Origin: Elusimicrobiales bacterium
GTDB taxonomy: Bacteria > Elusimicrobiota > Elusimicrobia > Elusimicrobiales > UBA9959
Length of the DNA stretch: 64,000 bases
NCBI GenBank assembly: GCA_028713125.1
Contig: JAQTOU010000002.1
Coordinates: 398,583 to 462,582, forward strand
Direction: 5' to 3'
Shown here: positions 8,868 through 17,017 of the stretch, in pieces
Position numbering within the stretch: the stretch's first letter is position 1
Layout: each line of letters opens with the position of its first letter
Notes under the pieces: generated by a model
Told to the model about the DNA's origin: nothing
What the model saw: the letters and a program-made list of their open reading frames with translations, nothing else
The model's database searches: none
Translations under genes and position numbers: made by a program

Positions 8868-10079
8868 CTATTTGTAAAGCAGGAATTTCTCCGCGCGGGC
8901 CCTGAAATCCGCGTTGTTTTTCTGGAAAGCCGCTATTATTTCAGCTGGCTTCGCTCCGGCCTCGAGCATATTGTAAAGGTCCGATGAACCGGTCATCTTC
9001 CGGATCTCCACGGGGTTAAGTTTGAACTCCGCGCCATTGTATTTCCTGAGCAGGTACGCCGCATTGGCGAAAATATCGAGCGCCCTTACCGCGGATTTGT
9101 CGGTAATTTCTATGTTTATTCCTTCGCAGGGCTTGCCCTCGAAGACGTCTTTATCGGGGGTCAGTTTCAGCACTGTGAATTTAACGCCCTTCAGCCCGGC
9201 CCTATTGAGCCTTTTTGCTATCTTCCCGGCTTTCATCCACGGCGCCCCGAACCAGCGGAAAGGCCTGTCCGTGCCGCGGCCCACCGAGATATTTGAAGCT
9301 TCGAAGCAACCGAGACCCGGGTAAAGGACCTCGGCGTTCACGTCCCTTATGTTCGGCGAAGGATTGGTCCAGACCACGCCGGTCTGGTCGAAGAACATGT
9401 CCCGCGTCCAGTTCTCCAGGGGGACCACCGTCAGGTTCAGGTTTAAATTAAGATTCGCTTTGTGGAAAAGCGCCATCTCGCCGGCGGTAAAGCCGTGGCG
9501 CGCCGGCACCGGGAAATAAGCGGTGAAGAAGCTTATGCCCGGCTCGAGCACCGGGCCTTCCACCAGGCCGCCTATCGGGTTCGGGCGGTCCAGGACCATG
9601 AAAGGCAGGCCCGCTTTAGCCGCCTCTTCCATAGCGTAGCCCATGGTGGTCAGGTAAGTATAAAACCGCGCGCCTATATCCTGTATATCGAAGACCAGGA
9701 CGTCCAGGTCTTTCATCATTTCAGGGGTCGGCCGCTGCTTGTTCTTCCCGTAAAGGCTGAAGACCGGGACCCCGGTGACAGGGTCCGAAGAGCTCGCTAT
9801 GTAAACTCCGCCCTCCTCGGTGCCGCGGAAGCCGTGCTCGGGCGAGAAGATCGCCGCAAGTTTGAAGTTACCGGCTTTGTGGAAAGCGTCCACGGCGTTC
9901 ACCCCGTTCAGGTCCACCGAAGTGTGATTGGTGATAAGCCCGACCCGTTTACCCTCCAGCTGTTTGAAACCGTCGCGTTCGAGGACGTCGAGGCCGCTCA
10001 TTGTCAGTTCGGATGCTTTGAGCGGGGCGAGAAGCATACAGAGGGCGGATAGTAAAAAGCAGCCTGTCCCTTTTTTCAT
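8868..10079 (-). CDS. DUF1343 family protein (YbbC/NamZ-like exo-beta-N-acetylmuramidase)
   Basis: 403 aa; signal peptide; family motifs GLITNHTSVD, IFSPEHGFRG, VFDIQDIGARFYTYLTTM, VLDRPNP. Confidence 0.85.
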   Translation of the reverse strand: MKKGTGCFLLSALCMLLAPLKASELTMSGLDVLERDGFKQLEGKRVGLITNHTSVDLNGVNAVDAFHKAGNFKLAAIFSPEHGFRGTEEGGVYIASSSDPVTGVPVFSLYGKNKQRPTPEMMKDLDVLVFDIQDIGARFYTYLTTMGYAMEEAAKAGLPFMVLDRPNPIGGLVEGPVLEPGISFFTAYFPVPARHGFTAGEMALFHKANLNLNLNLTVVPLENWTRDMFFDQTGVVWTNPSPNIRDVNAEVLYPGLGCFEASNISVGRGTDRPFRWFGAPWMKAGKIAKRLNRAGLKGVKFTVLKLTPDKDVFEGKPCEGINIEITDKSAVRALDIFANAAYLLRKYNGAEFKLNPVEIRKMTGSSDLYNMLEAGAKPAEIIAAFQKNNADFRARAEKFLLYK

Positions 10080-11347
10080 TGTTTGCTCTCTTTCAGGACG
10101 AGGAGGTGCATGGTTCCCTGGTCCCAGAGCTTGAAGGCGAAGGTGCGGGCTTTTTTGCCGTTGCCGGCGAAGAAGTCCACCCGGCCGGGGCCTTTGATCG
10201 CGCCGCCGGTATCCTGGCAGAAAACGAAGCGGCTGTTCAGTTTGCGGCCGAGCAAATTCCCTTCCTCGTCCACGTCCGGCATGGTCGTGCGCATGAAGGC
10301 TATGGTTCCCATGGGGACCAGATTATTGTCCATGGCTACCGAGCGCCAGCCGGTGAGCGGCAGGCCGTAGGTCCCGGCCGGGCCTTCTTCCGGGTCCCCG
10401 TCCATTTTCAGCTTGAAGAAAGTGTAGCGGCGGTTGGCGCTCATTATCTTCCGCTCCTGGTCCGGATGGTCCAGCAGGTACTGCTTGCCTTTCTCATGGC
10501 TGATGCCTTCGCGCGGCATCGCGCCGGCTTCCACCAGCGCGCTCAGCCACCCCTTGAACTTCAGGCTGTTGGTGGAGGCGAAATTCGCTTTTATCTGGCG
10601 CCCGTCCGTAAGTTGAAGGCGCCCGGAGCCCTCTATATGCAGGTCCATGATGTCGGCCCTGTCCTTGAACCAGGCGAGCTCAAGGCCTTTTCCGTCCAGG
10701 GCTCCTTCGAAATCTATCTTTTCGCGGTCGATATAAGGAACCAGCGCTCCGCTCTTGAGCTGCCCGGTCAATTTCTCGCCTTTGAATTTCTCATTGAAAT
10801 CCTCGAGGTTTATGGTGATCAGGTCCTCCGGTTTGGCGTAGATGGGATATTTGTATTCTTTGGTCTTGGTAAGGCTGGCCTCGAGCGTGGGCTCATAGTA
10901 AGAGCTGAAAACCACCGTGCCTGTGGAATCCCGGCCGGCCATCTGGTATACGTCGAATCTTTCCTTTACAAGGCGGTCGAAGTCCTGGGCGGTGGGGGAC
11001 GACTGGAGTATCTTTATGAATTCCTCATTGCTGGCCGCCAGCTCCTTAGGGGTTATTTTGCGGGTTCCGAAAGTGTAGGGGGGGGCTCCGTTCTTCAGGC
11101 CCTGGAAATAAGCGCGGTTAAGCAGGGCGGCTTTCATAAGGGGCTTCAGGTCGTCGCCGTCCTCGAAGACGGGAAGGTTTTCCGGAGACGCCAGGAACAT
11201 CGGGGCGGCTTCAGGGGCTTTGGTGGAAACAGCCACTGCCGGGCAGACGGGGCAGGGGGGGCAGGTCCCGGCCGTTTCAGGCTTCATCGGGGCGGTGGCG
11301 CAACCGGCCAGGCCCAGCGCGAATATAACAAAAGTTAACTTATTCAT
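10076..11347 (-). CDS. mltA: membrane-bound lytic murein transglycosylase A
   Basis: 423 aa; lipobox LAGC; MltA insert and 3D domain ending CQDTGGAIKGPGRVDFFAGNG; 4-nt overlap with the DUF1343 gene. Confidence 0.85.
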   Translation of the reverse strand: MNKLTFVIFALGLAGCATAPMKPETAGTCPPCPVCPAVAVSTKAPEAAPMFLASPENLPVFEDGDDLKPLMKAALLNRAYFQGLKNGAPPYTFGTRKITPKELAASNEEFIKILQSSPTAQDFDRLVKERFDVYQMAGRDSTGTVVFSSYYEPTLEASLTKTKEYKYPIYAKPEDLITINLEDFNEKFKGEKLTGQLKSGALVPYIDREKIDFEGALDGKGLELAWFKDRADIMDLHIEGSGRLQLTDGRQIKANFASTNSLKFKGWLSALVEAGAMPREGISHEKGKQYLLDHPDQERKIMSANRRYTFFKLKMDGDPEEGPAGTYGLPLTGWRSVAMDNNLVPMGTIAFMRTTMPDVDEEGNLLGRKLNSRFVFCQDTGGAIKGPGRVDFFAGNGKKARTFAFKLWDQGTMHLLVLKESKQ

Positions 11348-11464
11348 GGTGTATCTCCCGTGACTTTTATGCCTGAAATAGGACCGTCTCCATCCTTATC
11401 CGTCGTGGCCGGCGCCGGCGCGCCGGCCGCCGCCGGCAGGGCGAGTGACCCTTATCACACTTGA

Positions 11465-11488
11465 CCGCGGTTACAGCCGCGGCTTTTT
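11465..11488 (+). terminator. orphan terminator-like hairpin in the mltA / FecR-like divergent spacer
   Basis: CCGCGG (11465-11470), loop TTACAG, CCGCGG (11477-11482), then CTTTTT; no plus-strand gene upstream. Confidence 0.3.
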
Positions 11489-11538
11489 CATAGGGGAAAA
11501 GCCTCTCCCGCTGTTCCAATTATCCCAAAAAAGCCATG

Positions 11539-11567
11539 TTGACACAAGGCGGATTTTCTAATAAACT
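11539..11567 (+). promoter_or_regulatory. sigma70-like promoter TTGACA-N17-TAAACT ending 6 nt before the ATG at 11574
   Basis: TTGACA 11539-11544, TAAACT 11562-11567, ATG at 11574, no Shine-Dalgarno between. Confidence 0.45.
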
Positions 11568-11573
11568 CTCACT

Positions 11574-13427
11574 ATGAGGACAAATATTCTTTCATTACTG
11601 CTTTTTATAGCGCTGCCGGGGGCAGTTTTGGCCGAGGAAGCCAAAATTCTCTCCATGAGCGGCGAAGTGGAAGTGCGGCCTACACGCGAGGGGATCTGGA
11701 TCCCGGCCAAAGACGGGATGGAGATAGCCGAGGGCGGCGCCGTCCGCACCGGGGCCAAAGGCGGGGCCGTAGTGCTGATGCCGAACAAGACCAAGGTCTG
11801 GTTCAGAAAATCCACCACGCTGGAGATAGAGCAGCGTCAGACCCTGGCTTCGCGCCTGATGCTGGTGTTCGGCAAGGTCAAGATCCGCGTGCCGCATTTG
11901 ATGCGAAGGGAAAAATTCGAGGTACGCACCCCGGTGGCCGTCTGCGCCGTGCGCGGCACGGAATTTACCATGGGCGCGACCGAAGACGGGAAGATGGACC
12001 TGCAGGTCCTCTTCGGCGAGGTCAAGCTTAAATTTACTATCCCGCCCCAGAAAGGCAGCTCGGAATTCAATATCCCGCAGGGCCAGGGCCTTAGCACCGC
12101 CGAAACCGGCAAGGCCGTGACGCCCGTCCTTCTTACCGCGAAGTCGGAGAGGGACGCCCTGGAAAACTGGAACCCGGGCCTGAAGCCCGAAGAGCGGCAG
12201 AAAGAGCTGCAGCAGAAAGACACCGATCGGGCGCAGATCAAGGATTTCGCCCGCGCCACGAACAACGCTGAAGACTCGGTGAAAAGTTTCCTCAACGTGG
12301 TAAAGGAATCCGACCTTGAAGCCGGCCGCACCCTCAGCGACGTCCACGGCAATTTGGTCCGCGTGGACCAGCGCATGGTGCGCCCCGACGGAAGGACTAT
12401 ACAGTTCATGAACCTGGTGAAGAGGCCGACCTACGCCAACTATTCCCAGGCGCCTCATGGCTTCGTTTATAACGGCGGCGCGGTCGCCAACCGCCTGGAC
12501 CTGGCGCAGATGAGCATGGGCTTCAATAAAGACCTGCCGGCCCGCATAGAGGAATGGCCCTCTTTCTTCAACGGCAATACCGTTAACCCGGTCTATGCTT
12601 CCTTCATACTTGCGAACAGGACCAATATCGCTGCCGACGGCATCTTCTTCGTGGCGGAAGGTTACCGCTACGACGCCACCCGTGACGAACTGGTTGATAA
12701 CTTGGCCGTTTTCGCGCCGGGGCTGAGTATCGCCAGCACAAATCCTAATGACAGGCATACTATGATGACCGGCGTCCTCAAGGACGGTGGCGATATTAAT
12801 TCTGGTCTTCTGGCCCAGGATATGTTCAATGCCATCTCCAGGCTTAAAATACGCGATGCTGACCCGCTGCTCCGAAACGGGACTAATAGCACTTCGGCCG
12901 GTAATCTCGAATATTTAAATCCAAAGACCGGTCTTTACATAGCGATGGATAACGCCGGAACCAGCGCAACCAATGTGGACTGGGGGATGCGCCTGACCGA
13001 GACCGTTAACTCCGGCAAGGGTTACAAATATGACGTTAGCGGCGCCAACGCGCCCCTGATGCAGTTCCAGGCCGACCCCTATGCCATCGGAAACGTACAG
13101 GGTCAGGGCGTAATGTGGTACGCCAGGGAAGACTATGTGATAGGGAACGGCGGCGGGATTAAGAGCGCCGACAGCATAACCAATTCCTCCCAGGACCCTT
13201 TCACGCTGCTGAAGGGCCTCGCTGTGCAGAGCATCGTTTATGTGAAACAGTCGAACGCGAACAGCGCGGCGGCGCTTACCAATAGCGCGGCCGCCTACAG
13301 CGATATAAAAGCGACGGATCACATGACGGCTCTGACCAACAGGAACATCGACGTGGTGTTCATTCCCGACCTGATGATAGCCGCGGTGCAGCGCATGCTG
13401 CCGGCGATCACGAATCTTGGCAACTAA
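11574..13427 (+). CDS. secreted FecR-domain protein (paralog 1 of 3)
   Basis: 617 aa; signal peptide MRTNILSLLLFIALPGAVLA; FecR-type core FEVRTPVAVCAVRGTEF. It shares VHGNLVRVDQRMVRP and a C-terminal RNIDVVF with the ORFs at 52989 and 54759. Confidence 0.7.
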   Translation: MRTNILSLLLFIALPGAVLAEEAKILSMSGEVEVRPTREGIWIPAKDGMEIAEGGAVRTGAKGGAVVLMPNKTKVWFRKSTTLEIEQRQTLASRLMLVFGKVKIRVPHLMRREKFEVRTPVAVCAVRGTEFTMGATEDGKMDLQVLFGEVKLKFTIPPQKGSSEFNIPQGQGLSTAETGKAVTPVLLTAKSERDALENWNPGLKPEERQKELQQKDTDRAQIKDFARATNNAEDSVKSFLNVVKESDLEAGRTLSDVHGNLVRVDQRMVRPDGRTIQFMNLVKRPTYANYSQAPHGFVYNGGAVANRLDLAQMSMGFNKDLPARIEEWPSFFNGNTVNPVYASFILANRTNIAADGIFFVAEGYRYDATRDELVDNLAVFAPGLSIASTNPNDRHTMMTGVLKDGGDINSGLLAQDMFNAISRLKIRDADPLLRNGTNSTSAGNLEYLNPKTGLYIAMDNAGTSATNVDWGMRLTETVNSGKGYKYDVSGANAPLMQFQADPYAIGNVQGQGVMWYAREDYVIGNGGGIKSADSITNSSQDPFTLLKGLAVQSIVYVKQSNANSAAALTNSAAAYSDIKATDHMTALTNRNIDVVFIPDLMIAAVQRMLPAITNLGN

Positions 13428-13437
13428 TATGGAACAA

Positions 13438-14184
13438 AAAATGAAAAGGCTGACCTTGATCCTTTTGGCGCTTTTCCTGGTAAAAAGCCCCGCTTTCGCT
13501 TCGGTGGACTGGGAATCCAAAGGGATGCAGATAGCCGGTGAAATTATTGCCAACCCGGCGGGTTTCTTCTACGACTTCCAGCAGGACCTGGAGGGAACCA
13601 CGCCGCTTCCGCCAGGCAAGAGCTTCGGTTTCCAGATGGGACTTTTTCCCACGCTCATCCCGGTGACCTATACCAATATCTCCGGCAAGTACAGGCTGCA
13701 TGCCGAGGGCCGCATAGCCCCGGGCGTGCCGCAGCTGGACCTGATAGGCGGCTACTGGGACATGCTGGCCGCCAAGATGGCGACCAAGGATTCCAAGAGC
13801 ATAGACAGCGCGAAGTTCGGCGGCTACTATATGGGCGCGATCATGAGCACCTCGGTGAGCCCGCGCGTGCGCACTTTCTGGGGCTACAAGCACAGCCAGC
13901 TCGACGCAAAGCTGAAGTTCAAGGCCGGCGAGCAGCCGACCCTGCTTGGCACTACGGTCAATAGTTTCGATACCGGCTTCAAGGACGACTTTTTCATAGC
14001 CGGCATAGAGACGCCCAGGAGCATCGGCAAGCTTTGGAGCATCCAGCTTAATTACGGCCTGAAGACGCAGACCTTCTCGAGCAAGGTTAGCTGGTACGGG
14101 AAGTATTTTGAGCTGGGCCTGAATATTTACCCCGAGGGCGTGCTGGTGGTGCACCCGGTGTGGAATTTCCACCTGAATTTCTAA
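13438..14184 (+). CDS. hypothetical secreted / outer-membrane protein
   Basis: Start at MKRL (13438) preferred over 13417, which overlaps the upstream stop; signal peptide LILLALFLVKSPAFA; Y/G/S/T-rich; C-terminal NFHLNF (terminal Phe typical of OM barrels). Confidence 0.45.
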   Translation, partial: KMKRLTLILLALFLVKSPAFASVDWESKGMQIAGEIIANPAGFFYDFQQDLEGTTPLPPGKSFGFQMGLFPTLIPVTYTNISGKYRLHAEGRIAPGVPQLDLIGGYWDMLAAKMATKDSKSIDSAKFGGYYMGAIMSTSVSPRVRTFWGYKHSQLDAKLKFKAGEQPTLLGTTVNSFDTGFKDDFFIAGIETPRSIGKLWSIQLNYGLKTQTFSSKVSWYGKYFELGLNIYPEGVLVVHPVWNFHLNF

Positions 14185-14196
14185 GGAATAATAACG

Positions 14197-15399
14197 ATGA
14201 AAAAAATAATTTTAGGCGCTTTAATAACGGCGGGCATGGCCGGGAGGCTCTGCGCGGCCGTGGCGGAGGATTCGAAGATCTTCACTCCTTTCTTCGACAT
14301 GACCCTGTCCGAGGCGGCTTTCCTGCCTTCCGAAGGCAATATCTTCAGCGGCGGAAATATGAATACCCAGGTGGGCCTGCTGACCAAGGTAACGCAGAAG
14401 GACCATATCTTCGGCCTTTATAACTTCAACTATACCGGCCAGGGCTTCACGCCGCAGGATTCAAAGCAGTTCACCGACCGGTCAATGTCGCACGGCTTCA
14501 ATATCGAATACCGCCGCTCTATAACCGACCGCATCCGCGTCCGCCCCGGAGTGGCGCTGACCCGGGAATACCGCCGCACGGGGGCTAACGAGGTCTGGAA
14601 GAACGGTCTTTACAATATGAATTCCTCCGGCGCGCAGCTCGCGGCCGACTACACCTTCAGCGAGGAGAAGAACGGCTATGTCACGGTGCAGTACCTTTTC
14701 CGGAACGTGAAGTTCCCTAACTATACCGACCTCCTGAGCGAGTTCCAGAACGCCGGGAACACCGCCGAGACCTCCGGCGGGCTGCAGGACCAGAGCATGA
14801 CCCAGTTCAGCCTGCGCCCGAGCTGGAACCAGTTCTTCGCCGGGCTGACCCTGACCGCTCAGAATTACAAGAACCAGAAAGTGGTGGCCAATACCGGCGT
14901 CTACGGCGCTTCCAAGCAGAAGGACAGCGACACGGCGCTTGATTTCGGCTTCCACCATACGCTTTGGATCTTCGAGCTGTCCCCGATGGTCTCCTATACC
15001 ATGCATACCTCGAACCAGAACTTCATGCTGTACAAATTCCTGGGCGATACCAGCCCGCAGTTCGGGGAGAAATATTACGATTTCAAGGAACTCGCCCTCA
15101 GCGTGCCGCTGGACCTGAACGTCACCAGCAAGTGGGCCGTGGGCGGCGCCCTGAACATGACGCGGCGCGCCTACGACAAGCGCACGGCCCGCGACGCCAA
15201 TAATAATTTCACCTCCTCCAAACAGGTCAATACCATGACCACGCTTACCGGCTCGATCCGCAAGCGCATAAACGAGGTGGCCATGGTGCGCCTGTTCGCC
15301 TCCATCATGGTGGCGAACTCGAATAATAAGTTCGAGAAATACCTGCCCTACAGCTATACCGGCAAAAGCTTCGGCCTTGCCTACCAGCTGTCCTATTAA
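14197..15399 (+). CDS. putative outer-membrane beta-barrel protein, uncharacterised family (paralog 1 of 3)
   Basis: 400 aa; signal peptide; alternating-polarity Y/N/T/S-rich sequence; C-terminal aromatic (..AYQLSY); VKFPNYTDLLSEFQ aligns with VTYPNYSTLLSQSQ in the ORF at 56237. Confidence 0.55.
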   Translation: MKKIILGALITAGMAGRLCAAVAEDSKIFTPFFDMTLSEAAFLPSEGNIFSGGNMNTQVGLLTKVTQKDHIFGLYNFNYTGQGFTPQDSKQFTDRSMSHGFNIEYRRSITDRIRVRPGVALTREYRRTGANEVWKNGLYNMNSSGAQLAADYTFSEEKNGYVTVQYLFRNVKFPNYTDLLSEFQNAGNTAETSGGLQDQSMTQFSLRPSWNQFFAGLTLTAQNYKNQKVVANTGVYGASKQKDSDTALDFGFHHTLWIFELSPMVSYTMHTSNQNFMLYKFLGDTSPQFGEKYYDFKELALSVPLDLNVTSKWAVGGALNMTRRAYDKRTARDANNNFTSSKQVNTMTTLTGSIRKRINEVAMVRLFASIMVANSNNKFEKYLPYSYTGKSFGLAYQLSY

Positions 15400-15422
15400 A
15401 GAGCGAAGGCCATGCGAAGCGG

Positions 15423-15453
15423 AGGCCCGGGTTCCCCGGGCCTTTGTTTTTTT
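15423..15453 (+). terminator. intrinsic terminator
   Basis: 9-bp stem AGGCCCGGG / CCCGGGCCT with TTC loop, followed by TTGTTTTTTT. Confidence 0.8.
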
Positions 15454-15535
15454 ATACCGTTGAAACAAAATTGAAATCGGGGTATGTTTTAATACTTTAT
15501 ATGGCGTATTGGCGTTCTAACCAGGAATAAAAGAT

Positions 15536-16978
15536 ATGCGGGCCGGATCTTTACGCGTACAATTTATCGGTTTTATCCTGTGCTTAACTGCGCCGGCGGC
15601 GGCTTTTGCCTCGGGGCCGGGAACTTCCGCCGCTAATTTCATGAAGATCCCGGTGGGGGCGCGCGAGACTTCGCTTGGGGGGGCTTTTACGGCGGTAGCC
15701 GATAATGCGGACGCCGTATTTTATAATCCGGCCGGCCTCGGCCTGCTCGCGGTTCCGGAGATCTCCTACGCTTATAATAACTACCTGTCCGGGGTTTCAC
15801 AGCAGTGGGTGGCGGCGGCCTATCCCGCCGCATTCGGGACTTTGGGCCTGGGCGTGAATTACCTCGGCGTGAAGGCTTTCGAATCCTACGACAATTCCGA
15901 CAGGAGGACCGGGTCGGTCTCCGCCTATGACCTGGCCGCCTATCTGGGCTGGGGCGACGGCCTGGAGACAAACAATAAATTCCTGCCGTCCGTCCGGTAC
16001 GGAGCGACGGTGAAATTTATTTCAGAGAAGCTGGACAGCAGCGAGGCTTCGGGCTACGGGCTGGACGCCGGCCTGCTGCTCCTGCCGGCCGTAAAAAACC
16101 TCAGGTTCGGGCTCGGGGCGGAAAACCTGGCCGCGAGCCGCCTCTCTTTCATCAGCGGCGGGGCCAGGCCCGCGATGAAAGTGAAAACCGGGGTTTCTTA
16201 CCGGCTGGGGTCCGCCCTGAGGCCCGTCGCGGCGCTGGTTTCCTTGGACCTTAATTTCCCGCAGGACGGGCCCCGCTATCTTTCGGCCGGGATAGAGACC
16301 ACTCTCTACGGCGCATTGGCGCTGAGGGCCGGCTACAGTTCCTTCGGAGATATTTCTAACGGCGTGAGTTTCGGCCTCGGTTTGGGCCTGCCTTCGCGCG
16401 GCGGCAGGGAGCTCCGGCTCGATTACTCCTATGGCGCCACCTATGACCTGGGGAGCGTTCATAAATTCGGCCTCGCCTACAAATTCGCCGCTTTCTCCGC
16501 CGCGCCTCCGGCAGGGCCGCCCCCGGCGGCGGCGCCCGTGCCGGCGCGCCCTGCCGCGCAGCCTGCGCCGGAGCCGGTAATGAAAGCCGACTCCGAATTC
16601 GAACGGCAGGTCGCCTGGCTTTACAGCGACAGCCCCGACGATTCCCGCGCCGCGGCCGAATACCTGGCCGGCCTGGACAGCCCGTTGGTGCTCGAGCATT
16701 TTATAGCCCTGCTGTCCTCCGGTAAAGCCTGGTGGAAGCAGGCCGCCGTTCGCGGCCTGGCCCTGATGAAGGACGGCAGCTCGCTGAAGGTCCTGGAGGG
16801 CGCTTTGACCCATGAGGACCAGGAAGTGAGGCGGCAGGCGGCGCTGGCTATCGGCAGCCGCGGGGAGGCCGGGTCGGCCGCCGCGCTGCAGAACGCGCTG
16901 AAAGGGGAAGAGTCCGACAGCGTGAAAAGCGCGATCATAGAGGCCCTGGGCAAACTGCCCGTACCCGCGGAGGAATGA
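15536..16978 (+). CDS. PorV/PorQ-like (UPF0164-like) barrel fused to a C-terminal HEAT-repeat domain
   Basis: 480 aa; signal peptide; GPGTSAANFMKIPVGARETSLGGAFTAVADNADAVFYNPAGLG is the PorV/PorQ-family N-terminal signature; Pro/Ala linker APPAGPPPAAAPVPARPAAQPAPEP; then HEAT/PBS-lyase-like repeats (EDQEVRRQAALAIGSRG, DSVKSAIIEALGKL). Confidence 0.65.
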   Translation: MRAGSLRVQFIGFILCLTAPAAAFASGPGTSAANFMKIPVGARETSLGGAFTAVADNADAVFYNPAGLGLLAVPEISYAYNNYLSGVSQQWVAAAYPAAFGTLGLGVNYLGVKAFESYDNSDRRTGSVSAYDLAAYLGWGDGLETNNKFLPSVRYGATVKFISEKLDSSEASGYGLDAGLLLLPAVKNLRFGLGAENLAASRLSFISGGARPAMKVKTGVSYRLGSALRPVAALVSLDLNFPQDGPRYLSAGIETTLYGALALRAGYSSFGDISNGVSFGLGLGLPSRGGRELRLDYSYGATYDLGSVHKFGLAYKFAAFSAAPPAGPPPAAAPVPARPAAQPAPEPVMKADSEFERQVAWLYSDSPDDSRAAAEYLAGLDSPLVLEHFIALLSSGKAWWKQAAVRGLALMKDGSSLKVLEGALTHEDQEVRRQAALAIGSRGEAGSAAALQNALKGEESDSVKSAIIEALGKLPVPAEE

Positions 16979-17017
16979 ATTTAGCGGCCTTCAAGAACGG
17001 CACGGAGATGTTTTCTT

